Source: Haliotis rufescens (Eukaryota). Taken from it: 64,000 bases of DNA. Below the pieces are notes generated by a model. That model made no database searches. It saw nothing but the letters and a program-made list of their open reading frames with translations, and was not told the origin of the DNA. The translations under genes were made by a program, and so were the position numbers. Below, piece by piece: positions 38,101-50,153 of this stretch (its first letter is position 1; the number at the start of each line of letters is the position of its first letter). The stretch is from contig NW_025964001.1 of NCBI RefSeq assembly GCF_023055435.1, forward strand, positions 44,516,001-44,580,000. Direction: 5' to 3'.

Positions 38101-41100
38101 CATGGTCCGTCTTGTATGTTGGAAACCAATATCGCAATATGGCTAAATATTGCTGAACGTGGTATTAACCCGATTACTCACATAATTATTCCATTTTCTA
38201 CAGTCATCTACGAACACTATCTTTAAGGAGGTATATCTGTATCATCCAAATGTCCATACATATATGTCCACATTTATATGTATAAAGCAAGTCGTCCTGC
38301 ACTCTTCCTTAAAAGATAAATGTTAAGCATTTCCTCTGTATGGATTTATATAATGTAATATCGTTTTAATGTAATGCTGATGCAGTAAACGTACCACAGA
38401 CCTAATGCTAGAATAACATCTAATTTCTGAAATGAACATATTTTACAGAAAAAAACAGTTGTTTAAACAATACTTATAAAATATAAGAACAAGGAGCCAA
38501 GAGCCAAATATTGGGATGTGTTGGACATATTTGTTTCGGGGTCTTACGACAGACAAACCTGATGCCTTTAAGTATAAAGATAAGTAAGTATAGATGTTGT
38601 ACATATTCAAATATGTTCGTGATTAACCCAAACTTGAAAAATATTGAAAGATGAGTGGTAACTATTTATGCCATTATTTCAAATTAGAATGAGAGCACAT
38701 CAGGAAAGCATGGTACTTTAATATACGTATCTTGTTAACCCAATATTCTTTTTTAAGTAAGAGCAGCATGTATATCGAGAGTATAGGTTTGGTGCGTGAC
38801 ATCACACAGTACTTTCAGAAAGTGTGCATATTCTGTTTATCGGCAATAAATAACATAAGACGATTCATACGGGTAAATACGATTTACTTCAGAACTAGTA
38901 TAGATTATTTAAGCTTAGGGGGAAATGTATGTAATTAACAGAACTTTGGCCGGGTTTGAAGGATTTGGGTCCTGGCTTGGGCTTTGTGTTGGACGTGTAG
39001 ACGGCATTTCCAGGTTTGACGTATCAATGACAAAAATGATGTCAGATGCAATTCTCTGCCTTTTCGGGTGAACAATTGGCTTGCCTTTGGATGTGTTTGT
39101 GGCGGGTGCAACTAGTGGATCGGAATGAGCTCGCGTTTTTGCGAGCATCCAATGTCATCATTTATTATGATGAATCATGAAACATGCTCCTGATGTTGTC
39201 GCAATGGTGCAGTTGGCGCTACTTTTGGCAAGGGTTTCTCATGATAATGGAAATGCTTATGTCGCTTTTGTTGACCGATAAACATGAAAAGATATAATGT
39301 TAGTGTATATGGTCATGTTATTAAGAAACAAACGACGAATGGGAGTTGTTTATTGTACGATAAACAACGACCGAGACTCATTTAATTCTATATGAGATAT
39401 CAACATTACTTACAGCCTCTTTCAGGGTGTTAAATTAGGAAAAAATACACGCTTTACAATATTTACCCGTACTTAAATAATGATGATTCCTTGAATAGAA
39501 TCCGACAGCGGCCATGCTAGATAAATCCATTTTAGGATTTGAGTTTGGTCCCGCATATTCTCACAATTTTCTCGTCAATCATCTGTACCTTTCCTCCCAA
39601 TACCGATTGTCATATCACTCTCATTTTCGGATTCTCCAGCAACATTTATTGGGAACAACTCACTAGACACATGCCTCTCAAAAATAAGGTCAAATTTACA
39701 AATTTTACTTTTCAAGTTGCGAGTGCATGTTCGAATCTCAATAAATGACGTCATGATAGAACAATGTTTTATCGTGAAATAAATATCGCTTCCTTCTTTG
39801 TTCTTTGTGATTTATCGTGTAGCTATCTTATATCATCAAATGCCAATTTCTAATAATTTTTTGCTTTATCATGACGTATCCGTGTCATGTAGCAATAACA
39901 TACACAAATATCGTTGACTTCGACGTTGAATAGTGTCATGAAATATGATTATCCTCTTGTGTGCAATATTTCTGGTTGATAAATCTAACGTATTCTTACT
40001 TTAAGAATAGCGACTATACATGATTATATATCCCTTATCAGGTCTCTGTAACATTTGCAAAATGATACAAATATAAAAATACAACTGAACCTAAATGTAA
40101 TGTTTTAATATCCTTACTTTGCTGAGTGCAGCATTTAACAACAAACAAACAAAACATAATATCTTTAAGAATTATGTTAACAATTCCGATGCTAAAAATA
40201 ATCTCACAATCTCCATACCTCTTTCTCTCTATGAAAACATAATAACTTTTTTTTTAATAATCTGAAGGAATAATAATGGCAATACTATCATAATTATCAT
40301 CATTATTTATGTTACTTATCCTCAAGTGAAGTAGTCCTCCACACTATACATTCAGTGAAGAAGCCCATGAACATATGAACTATGTAACATACATTCATGG
40401 AAATTAGATGAACAGTTGAAGTTAGCAAATGATATTATTCGGTCGAACGTCTATCAGCCATCTATTCTATTCATGAACAACATTTCACGTGGGACCAACA
40501 GAGGGAATTATGACTAACGACTTGCTAATTATTTTTTATATTCATGCCAGCTCAAACGATCTATTGGCTTGATTTATTGTTATGGTATCCACAAAATAAG
40601 TAGGATCCGATTTTTTCCGTTTTTGTTGAAATAAAACTGAATTATATTTGCTGTTTACATATCAAAGTTTGCCAAATTGTTACAAAATGTTTGCCCACAG
40701 CAAGGCTACATATCCCCAACATATTGTGCTAGGCACAGTATCACTGGACTGAGGGAGGGCGGTATTCCTCCTTGTGGGTCAACTGCTTGGCAATATAGGA
40801 CGGGAAAACTGCAGGGGGTGAGGGCAGTTAAGTTGATGGTACAGACAGATAAGAGAGATCATTTTACAAATGTGAAACCTCAGTCCACAAAGGAAGAGGC
40901 GAAAGCTGAAACTTGGTGAGGTTTACAGAACAAAGGCAGTTATTTCTAGTTTCTTACTGACTCTCGAAGATACATNNNNNNNNNNNNNNNNNNNNNNNNN
41001 NNNNNNNNNNNNNNNNNNNNNNNNNNNNNNNNNNNNNNNNNNNNNNNNNNNNNNNNNNNNNNNNNNNNNNNNNNNNNNNNNNNNNNNNNNNNNNNNNNNN

Positions 41101-43652
41101 NNNNNNNNNNNNNNNNNNNNNNNNNNNNNNNNNGTACACCATAAAAATGGCTACGTATGTAGTTGGGGTAGATATGTTGAATGCCCGGCCAGTATGACCT
41201 TTGAGTCACTACAGTTGCAGTCATTAAAATGCGTAAAACAGTATTTGAGTGAAAGAAAACACTATAAGTGAGTGAAACAAAAGACCTCAGTACAGGCACA
41301 ACCAGTCCCCCAACCCCAAGTCTGCATGTATCAATACTCATACCTGCCACATCCTCAACCACTTAACTTACTCACACAATCATCTGACAACATGTTCGCC
41401 AACCCTCGTATCACAACGCATGCACGCATGCACGCATGCACGCATGATCGCACGCACACACACACACACACACACACATCACATTCTTCTTTCCCTACCA
41501 TTATGTCTACGTCAGCCATCATGGATCCATGCGCATGCTTTCATACATAATCCATCCTCCCACCATTCCCCAACATCCATCGAACTATAACTATATCCGC
41601 CCTCATGTATCGGTATTCGTGCTTTCATACATACATACACCCTCCCTACCATTCCCCTACATCCATCGCAGTATAACTATGACTATAACCGCCTTCGTGC
41701 ATCCGCACTTATGTTCACATTGCATTGCATATGCATCGAATTACACGTCTAAAATATCGTAAATATTTTACATGTACATATTATATATCAGCAAACAGAG
41801 ATTATTATAACGCAATAGATTTCATCCGTCAAAACATCACAGAAAGAGGGGCAGCCTGGAATTTTACAATGGCATCTGAATGCACAAAGACGTTCAACTG
41901 GTCAGGAGGTGAGAGTTGCGGAAGATTACGGTAAACTTCAGTTACAGATCTCCATTACGAATAAGTATGAATAAAGATCACAGCTTGCTATGACGTGTAC
42001 TTCATGCCTGCAGAATTAGCAATGTCCTTAGCTCTAAATTGTATATCCAAATGCTTATGTAGACAAAGACCCAAATGTATATAGGCATGACCATATTAAA
42101 TTCTACGCAAATATCACCACATTTAAAAACAAAGCTAGATTGAGTCTTTGAGGGGCATTAAGAACTGATACACACTAGGAAAAATATTCATGGATGTCAA
42201 CGGAGGAACACTGCGTTTCGGAATATATACTTTCTCCTTCATCAGGTGCATATTATTAAATGCTATGAGGCAGAGAACATATATTTGTACCTGTAAGAAC
42301 AACAAAAGTAAAAAGATAGCAAAGAAGGGAACGCAACAAGGGAAGCCAACAGATGGCATGGCGCTGATTACCCCGCCTCCCGTTTGCCCATTGTCCATTT
42401 CCCATTACCAATCATTCATAAGTTAAGTTTTGGCTTTAATTTGTCCATTGATAATCAACCATCAACGTCTATTATCTCCACCCTAAAAATATGTAGTTTA
42501 CTGAGAGAGTGGTATCCAAATATAATGTGTGTTACTGTTGACCACTTTCTTAAAGGCATTGTTGGTTCAAAGCTTTCGGTCATAGAAGCCGTGCCATTTT
42601 TCTCTTGTCAGAGGAGTACACAAAGTATACGTCATCTGGACTAACATTTTTGGTTCGGTGGCTGGGTTAGATCGCCAACTTTGTGTTCTGGCGATTGGGT
42701 GCCTCACTCACAGTGTGGGTTCAAATCCAGGACGGGGCTCAACCCAAGAAAGTACGAGAATCTGTACTTTACTCAGAAAGTGTTATCCCAATTATAACAT
42801 CTGTTGTCAAGAAAACACAATAAATGTATATTCGGCTTTGGATGGGTAATGATATCACAGACATATACGGATATTGATGATGACTTGGAGGAGCTTCGTA
42901 ACGCACGTCTTCTCAATTCAGGGATTGGTAAATCCAAATATGTGTGTGCGCGTGCGTGCGTGCGTAAATGTGGGCCTGTTGGATGTTACATAAAACATTC
43001 ATCTTGAGCGGGATGGTAGTTCGAGTTGGATTAGCATGTTAACTATATGATCTTCTTTAGGCAGAGAATGCCGCGCATGAATGTATTGATGAAATTCCTA
43101 GGTACATGGGGACTTTTCGTCCCCAGGAATACCCACAGTGGAGACTTCAAGGGGGATAGGGTGTACACAATGTGCTACCTGGTAGATTGTGTGTCATCAG
43201 ACCGGACAACGTTGGTTTTTGACTGATTGTGGCGAAAACACACTTATTCATTTACTTATATCGGAAATTGAATGTTCATCTTAATTGTTATTGTTGAACA
43301 TGTAATATATTTTTAAAGAAATAAAACAGTGACATAATAACCACAACTTTATGTGAGCGCGAGTAGCTTTTTGGAATGAGATGAATAAGTCTTATAAAGT
43401 TGTAAGCTTCTTCACAACCGTGTAACTATGAATTGACTTTATTGGGTAATCAAAAAAGAGATAGGACCTAAAATAGCCAAATTTCATACGATTTCACTTG
43501 TCCACCATCTTGGATGCAAGGCGAAAACATTTCAGCGCGGTTGAAGCCACTGAGAATGCCCCCTGCAGAGTTGGACGAACATTCTGCGGTGGCGCGGCTG
43601 AGTTGACCAGAGGATATCAGCAGTATTTCCTGTCCAAGTTATTTAGGTCAGT

Positions 43653-43704
<52 letters not shown>

Positions 43705-46700
43705 TGCGTGCGTGCGTGCGCGCGTTTGCGTGCGTGTGTGTGTGCGCGTTTGCGTGCGTGCGTGTGGGGGGTGGGGGCGGGTGAGATTAGGGGAATAGAT
43801 GATAGATTTAGCAACAAGTAAGGTCATCTTGAGTTGGAGGGTATTCGCAGATGGATTAGCATATGAACTATAATTCTCTTTAAGCAGAAAATGAGGATCC
43901 ACGATGTTCGACCTGGTAGAAGTGTGTTATCAAACCTCACAGCATTGGTTTTTTGACTGACTGTAGCGTCAAAACAAACTCATTCATTAACTTGAACTGA
44001 ATGTTCATCTTAATTGTTATGGATAGTCACGGAGCCATGATCCAGAGAACAGGGTGTCATTAGATAGAATTAAACTAAGTAATAATAGGATTACAAGAAA
44101 AACGGGGTTTTACAAACAAGCCAATAAACTTCGCTCATTAACACCAGAGTAAGTCAGTACAAGATTGAAAACTGCCCCATAATTATGTATGACATGCTTG
44201 TCGGGTATTGTTACATATATATGTGAAAACAAAGTTATTAAAATGAAGAGCAAAACTGATGAAAGTTAACAATAAACGTGTATACGTGTTATATCGTCAC
44301 TGCAAAAATAATGATTGTTTGTCTTTAGTATTAACATTCAAATACGTTATATCTGTATTAGCGATATTGTCTTTGTTCCACCGGTGAGTCAGCGTTAGCC
44401 GTACTATCTCGTAGTATAATTGAATTTCTGAAGACATCACGATACAGTTTTTACGATGCATCACGTCTGCACTACCGCTTGATAACAGCCTTGTGTTTGG
44501 GAGTTTCAGTGGTTTACATCGCTGCTCTTGATATTGTTGATTAAACTTGATACTATGAACAATATAATGTTATGTGAGAGGTTGACTTTAGAACGGTAAC
44601 ATACTAATAGTATATAGGATGACATAAACAGAACAATGAGAAGTTCGTCGAGATTAGTGTATAGGCAACATTTAATAATTAAAATAATTACATTCAACAA
44701 CTCCCCTTTTAAGTCCATTTTCCTGACTTATAAGTAAATGCAAGAACAATCGGCCGGAATACAATGTATAGTTCTTGTCCACTTCCATATGACTATATAG
44801 CATACAATAAGCTATCGGGTCCCGTTTAGATCGGTTTGGGTGGCAGCCTAGATGGCCATAGAATAGTTTCATCTTGGAATCTCCCATATCACTGGGAATC
44901 CTTTTCAATTTAAATGGAGTTACTCGTTACGATTCCGAACCTTCACGTGACTGTGTTTATGAACCATTGTCAAATAGTGGTGACATTAAATCTAGGAAAC
45001 AAAATGCGAAATCGCGCATGCACAGAACGGAAAATTTGGTCAAGGCATTAAGTAATCCGCATGCGCAGAACGATTGATTTCAGTACTTCCGCTAAGCGCT
45101 TCGAGTGCAGCGTCGAACGCGGGCCTGTAATCTAACACGCGGGGACTGACCAATGAAATCTGAGAAGTAGAAATACCGGTAGACGCTGTTGCTTGATTGA
45201 CAATGTCAATCAAGAAAGGGAGGAGCTTAACGCTATCGTTCTCTCCCAGTAAATTCCGATGTCAAAAAACGACGTTATTTGGACGGAAAAACGATGGTTT
45301 GAAAACGTCCAAATAACGTCGTTTTTCTGTCGAATGACCATATACGGAAAAAAACGACGTTTTCGTGTTTGCAGTGCCGTCTGATGGTGCTAAAACAGGT
45401 GAATACGGAAGATGGTGTTCAATGTTATAAAGCCACAGTCATACACTGCGGCCATGGCGACAACAGACTTGTGTACAAGTGCATTGTCCTGGTGGAACAA
45501 CACACACACACATGTATAGTGAGTTTCCCACGAGGTTTAGCATTGGTATTCTCACGCAATTGCCTAAGCAGATTAGCATTACTTTGGCCATTACTAGTCA
45601 GACCTGTCGGGAGGTAGTCTAAAAGTAGGATTCTAACGGAATCATATTATCTTCTCAGCCGAGAGAACAAACTTAGCCTTCTTCTTCAGAGGAGGAGACG
45701 TTATATACGGTATATTTGAGTATTGTATTGTTCAGTCTCAGGCTGATAGTGGTGAAGCCACGCCACATTCATGTTTACAAATTGGTAACATAATTAGCTC
45801 AGTCTGCTTCAAAGCTTCAAATGACGCTGAAACTCTTGTCAGGCGCAGAACATTCCTCAGAACCCCCCACCCCCGCCCCCCAACACACATATCTCTTTCT
45901 CTCTCGCTCTATCGCTCATGATAGATGCCTACTGCATTATTTTGTATCAACGTTTTCCTTAGGGGTTGCAGTTTAATGTCTTCCTGATCTTAAATCACAT
46001 TAGGGGCTCTCTCTCCCCCTCTGGAACTCCGCTGCCCACCCCTTAACAGTAGCAAAGGAAGCATCATCATCATCATACGGATAGCTGTTTGAGGTAGCCC
46101 TTTCATATAGAGATACATTTATGAGAGCATGGTAGCCAATTTGTCCATTTTTTTATCAACAGAGAAGGCCTAGTCCCTTTGATGCGTGCAGACATATGCT
46201 GGATTTTGTTCAAATGCAGCCTGTAAGCATGGCGAGTATGATACGTACTATGTGCAAACTGTTAAGGGTGTAGTCTACGTCCTTTGCAGTTAGCCTAAGA
46301 ATTTTCCGGCAACCCCTCATATAAATCACAAATACTTAACGTTCCCAACAAATACATAGGCAGGTAATAAGTATCCACTGAGTGTACGATGTTATTCGTC
46401 GTGTATTTACTTTCCTTGTTTTCTGTCATGACACTGGCCGATTTTGTAAAAGATGTTATCCCAAATTTCTTTGCCATGTACCTTGGCTATGTCGAAGTCT
46501 TGTTGTATTTGAAATGTTGAAACATTGCAGTTTTGACCCTCTGTTGTCCTGTACTGCGCTGGTATATCACATTCTAGAGGATATATAAATAAACATTTAT
46601 GACTTCACGTCTACAACCTATTGATTGTGACTTAATGTGGGCCTACATTGCTTACGCTTTAATGGAAGATTACACGTTACACAATGTAAACATGTTACCT

Positions 46701-49175
46701 TTAACCAAACTATGCAGTTGCTTTTCAGATGATATGAGTGAGTGAGTTTTACGCCGCTTTAGACATATGTCAGCAATATCACGGCGGGGGACACCAGAAA
46801 TTGGCTTTACACATTGTACCCATGTACATTTTCGGCGTGACGAGAGAACGCTTTAACCACCAGGCTACCCGGCCGCCCCTCAGACGAAATGAATGTAAAT
46901 ACACATTCATTTATAAAAACATGTAAGAAAAGATACATACGTTTATACAAAATAGTATTACAAACATATGAACAATATAACACGCGTTCTGTAAACGGTA
47001 AAAGAAAAAAGAAAAGCATGACCACTTCAGTAATAGCTGATGTAAACTCACGAACCCAAGAAATTAATACCTGAACGTGATAAACTGTATCCAAATCTTA
47101 CCCTTGTCCTGTTTAGTATCCAGGAAGGAGGTCTCATTAAGGCAGGTCCTGTTGAAGAACGAAGGGGCTCGATCCATTACAATCTGAGGAATGATCTTGG
47201 TGCGACTCCAGATCCATGCCCGGGGTTGAGTACATGTGCGGGTGGAGGATACATTTGAGCAGGCGTACACAAAGGCGTACTGGGTGTAGTCTGTTTCTAA
47301 CACCCAGTAGGACATTGCATCTTTTAAATCAAAAGGAAAATACAAACATGTATTCAGATTTGCAGTGTGGTAAAACGTACTGACATTATTACTAAACACA
47401 GAAGCAATAACCGAGGTTCGGTTTAATACGCTTTTTGAAGATACTTTTGGTAATGGACCCAACACTAACATTTAGTGTCAAATTAATAACCTAATATTGA
47501 TATGTTCGTGTTAACAGGAGGTTATCACTGACTTAATGCGTGAGTGAGTATGGTTTTACGCCGCTTTTAGCAATATTCCAGCAATATCACGGCGGGGGAC
47601 ACCAGAAATGGGCTTCACACATTGTACCCATGTCGGGAATCGAACCCGGGTCTTCGGCGTGACGAGCGAACGCTTTAACCACTAGGCTACCCGACCGCCC
47701 CTATCACTGACTTAAGTCACGGTGGGTGAGTGAGTTGAATCACTGAATTTGTGTGCTGGCGATTAGGTGCCTCACTCTGTGGGTGTGGCTTCGAATGCCG
47801 GATGGGATTCATCCCAAATATAAGTACAAGAATGTGTACTTTACAAAGTAAGTGTCATCCTTACTATAAGATTTGTTAAACTTGACAATTTTATAAAAGG
47901 CATTGTGTGTTCCTATCACTGACCTGATGGGGTGTCTTGCCAGATAAACCTCCCAGGCACTGTAGTCGGGATGAGTTCCCGGTGGTAAAAGAAACACTCC
48001 CCGTCAGGCTTCGATGGATCACTGTGTAGGGGAAAGATAGTATACACAAAGCAATAAGACATGGTGGGAACAAGAACAGTAAGGTGCCAGTTTTATGCCA
48101 GAATCATCTGCTACAGGAATTGACACAACTAAGCATGGCACATTCGTTAGCAAAATGTTCCCAAACGTCAGAAAAACACAACCCCAAGTAGGAGAAGGAG
48201 AGAGAAATCTTCTAAAATAGTTAACTATTTTTATTGTGAACTGAGGAGGCAATAAACCTATACCTATACCTATATCAGTTGATTTTATCATTTGTTTGAT
48301 TTTCAATTGAAAATGTCTTAAGTTAGTGATATTATAACAAAACAATGCGCTGTACTAGCGCTCTGTCAGCACCAAAAGAATACTTTTGTATTTTATTTTA
48401 AATAATTTGTTTTAAAACTTTAAAAAAAATAAAAATAAAAACAATTGGCCTCATGTCAAGAAAAGCTGACTCGTAAGCGATGATACGGAAATACGCGAGT
48501 CTACTGATTGGTACTTTATAAACTGTTATTGGCTTGGTCTTCGATATTCCGATCAGACATGTCATGGAAAATGTTTCCAAGTTGCCATAAAATCACATTT
48601 CTAATACAATGGGTAAATGCCTGAGATCCCTCACGTAAACAAAGAAACCGTATACATCTTAGAATCTCACTCTAATCTGATACTCACCGCCCACTGATGT
48701 AGTTGGTGATATTTTTGTCATCGGTAGGAATGTAATAGTGGTAGTAGTCTGCATACCTTTCCTCTTCCGGTATGAACGATTGGGCATACCATTTATACTC
48801 GTACCATTTCCCCATATACTGCGAAGGAAACGAGGTATGTGTGAAGTAGCATTACCAGAGACATAATTCATCAGCAAAACCCACCTCCGTGGTCTTGTGG
48901 ATAGAGCGTCCGCTCGGAAGGTCCGGAGTTCGATCCCCGTCAGGGTCATACCAAAATAAGTTAAAAGATGATACTTACTGTTAACTGTCTGACGCTCGGC
49001 ATTATGGGGCTAAAACAAGGACTGGTCGGTTCGGGACTCTATACTAGGTATACTATGTCTATGTGGGGTATGTATGTAAAACTGCGGTGTGGTATCTCAG
49101 TGGGCTAGCACTATAATACTGGCATTAATCCGGACTAGTACAAGCAGCCACACACACGCACACGCACACACACGC

Positions 49176-49235
<60 letters not shown>

Positions 49236-49691
49236 CACGTCGCTATATAAGTGCTATAATCTTAGACGAAACGTTAAACCCCATTTCACCTCACCTCAAC
49301 ATTAATCACTGTTATTTTTTATTATTTTGACCATGTGCAAGCATCTGGCATAATTGCCATTGTCCAAATGCAATTGCTTCAAAAGCTATACATTTATGAG
49401 CAAACAGAAATAACGCCATCGTCACTATTACACATGTATGCATGGGATGAATATATGCTGTGCAGATACAACGGGGATGCATATTAGGAATTGTAATTAG
49501 TACATGGACAATTCAAAATTGAAATAGAACCATAACATGTCAAGAAAACTCACCCTATCTGTATCAAAGTTCGCTTGGACCTTTATATCGTCTACGATGC
49601 AATCATTGCCTTTAACAAACACAAAGACACTCGCTGAGAAAAGCGCAAGACGAATGACAGCTAACATTTTGCTGATTATGGAATCCAACAT
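29148..49691 (-). CDS. Tandem two-domain lipocalin A (ApoD/Lazarillo-like) with signal peptide and GPI-like tail, 10 exons, about 412 aa
   Basis: Exons 49691-49554, 48818-48688, 48021-47924, 47320-47102, 46573-46482, 32698-32568, 32414-32323, 32012-31797, 31441-31403, 29230-29148 (1239 nt, open). Two sets of lipocalin conserved regions: NFDTDRYMGKWYE / YWVLETDYTQYA / WIWSR and DFDIAKYSGSWYE / YWVVDTDYSSYA / VWSR. Tail ANGSVNVVNTPLMTTVIAMMMPLLVFQ. Confidence 0.88.
29580..30790 (-). mobile_element. Degenerate mariner element in the last intron of lipocalin A
   Basis: ORF 29709-30263 contains QSSEW, VMTTVFWDAKG, FLHDNA and PYSPDLAPSDF. Frameshifted N-terminal remnants extend to about 30700. Confidence 0.85.
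32930..33025 (-). mobile_element. Mariner remnant, 3' continuation on the other side of the CACTG element
   Basis: The minus strand continues KKDLSGKNYANN, resembling the mariner segment that follows YSPDLAPSD. Confidence 0.5.
37180..37325 (-). mobile_element. SINE family 3, deleted copy inside the large CACTG element
   Basis: Reverse-complement similarity to 7227-7503. Confidence 0.7.
40976..41133. other. Assembly gap (N run)
   Basis: 158 N. Confidence 1.
41792..43159 (+). CDS. Putative last three exons of an unidentified cargo gene inside the large CACTG element
   Basis: Exons 41792-41930, 42861-42927 and 43061-43159 join in one open frame: ANRDYYNAIDFIRQNITERGAAWNFTMASECTKTFNWSGGESCGRLR-HIRILMMTWRSFVTHVFSIQGL-AENAAHECIDEIPRYMGTFRPQEYPQWRLQGG*. 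AATAAA follows at about 43319. An alternative donor at 41908 would break the frame. Confidence 0.4.
42160..42450 (-). mobile_element. Penelope-like 3' end / pseudo-LTR remnant with a degenerate minimal hammerhead
   Basis: The minus strand reads MDKLKPKLNL* (GIY-YIG-type C-terminus), then GCAC-CTGATGA-AGGAG..TTCC-GAAAC-GCA-GTGT at 42249-42208. Confidence 0.5.
43657..43765. repeat. (TG)n/(TGCG)n microsatellite
   Basis: Direct inspection. Confidence 0.95.
45377..45800 (-). mobile_element. Mariner transposase remnant, 5' part, split by the CACTG element
   Basis: The minus strand encodes LFHQDNALVHKSVVAMAAVYDCGF...PYSPVLAPSD, ending at the TSD. Confidence 0.75.
46738..46880 (-). mobile_element. 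SINE family 1, internally deleted copy
   Basis: Similarity to 47537-47701. Confidence 0.75.
47537..47701 (-). mobile_element. tRNA-derived SINE, family 1 (full length)
   Basis: Near-identical to 1440-1603, with 14-bp TSD TATCACTGACTTAA. Confidence 0.85.
48879..49297 (+). mobile_element. SINE family 2 with an expanded internal (CA)n
   Basis: Similarity to 16242-16592. Confidence 0.8.
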
Positions 49692-50048
49692 GTTGAATGA
49701 CGATGTTAACTGGCCATGAAGAAGACTATATGCTCTTCATATGCTGTGTAGATATATATATAGGGTAGCACGTAGGCCGGCTTGACCGTGGCTTATATAG
49801 GACTCTCTAATCTATGAAATGAGGGTATGTACATATTGACACAAGTCCTTTTGTAGGTAGTGTCAAAACGAAATCCTCTCATACTCTTGAATGCACAATA
49901 CACATTACAGAGCAAACACAGTGTACATGTAAAAATGCATTGGGCGCCGTGCAGAGTAGGACACAAAGTTAGTTGCAAGCTTTTTGTTCGCATGATATGA
50001 AAGCAAGGTTTATTCAGACGTTTGAAAATATTGCAAAAAACGACCGAA

Positions 50049-50153
50049 GGTAGGTATGTAGGTAGGTATGTAGGTAGGTATGTAGATAGGTAGGTAGGTA
50101 GGTAGGTAGGTAGGTAGGTAGGTAGGTGGTAGGTAGGTAGGTAGGTAGGTAGG
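50049..50153. repeat. (TAGG)n microsatellite
   Basis: Direct inspection. Confidence 0.95.

Larger units (their letters stand above)
33026..45376. mobile_element. Large CACTA-type (CACTG-terminated) element, 12351 bp, with no recognisable transposase
   Basis: TIR CACTGCAAACACGAAAACGTCGTTTTTTTCCGTATATGGTCATT is 44 bp perfect (57/59 extended) at 33026-33084 and 45318-45376. TSD is CCG (33023-33025 and 45377-45379). Subterminal GGACGGAAAAACGA repeats occur at both ends, and the flanks are two halves of one mariner remnant. Confidence 0.88.

Noticed and set aside
41792-43159. Resemblance of the cargo peptide C-terminus to abalone sperm lysin
   Set aside because: Only a few scattered residues match from memory, which is not supportable without a search.
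16910-45376. The intact EnSpm as the direct mobiliser of the 12-kb element
   Set aside because: The TIRs share little beyond CACTG, the subterminal motifs differ, and the TSD lengths differ (2 vs 3 bp).
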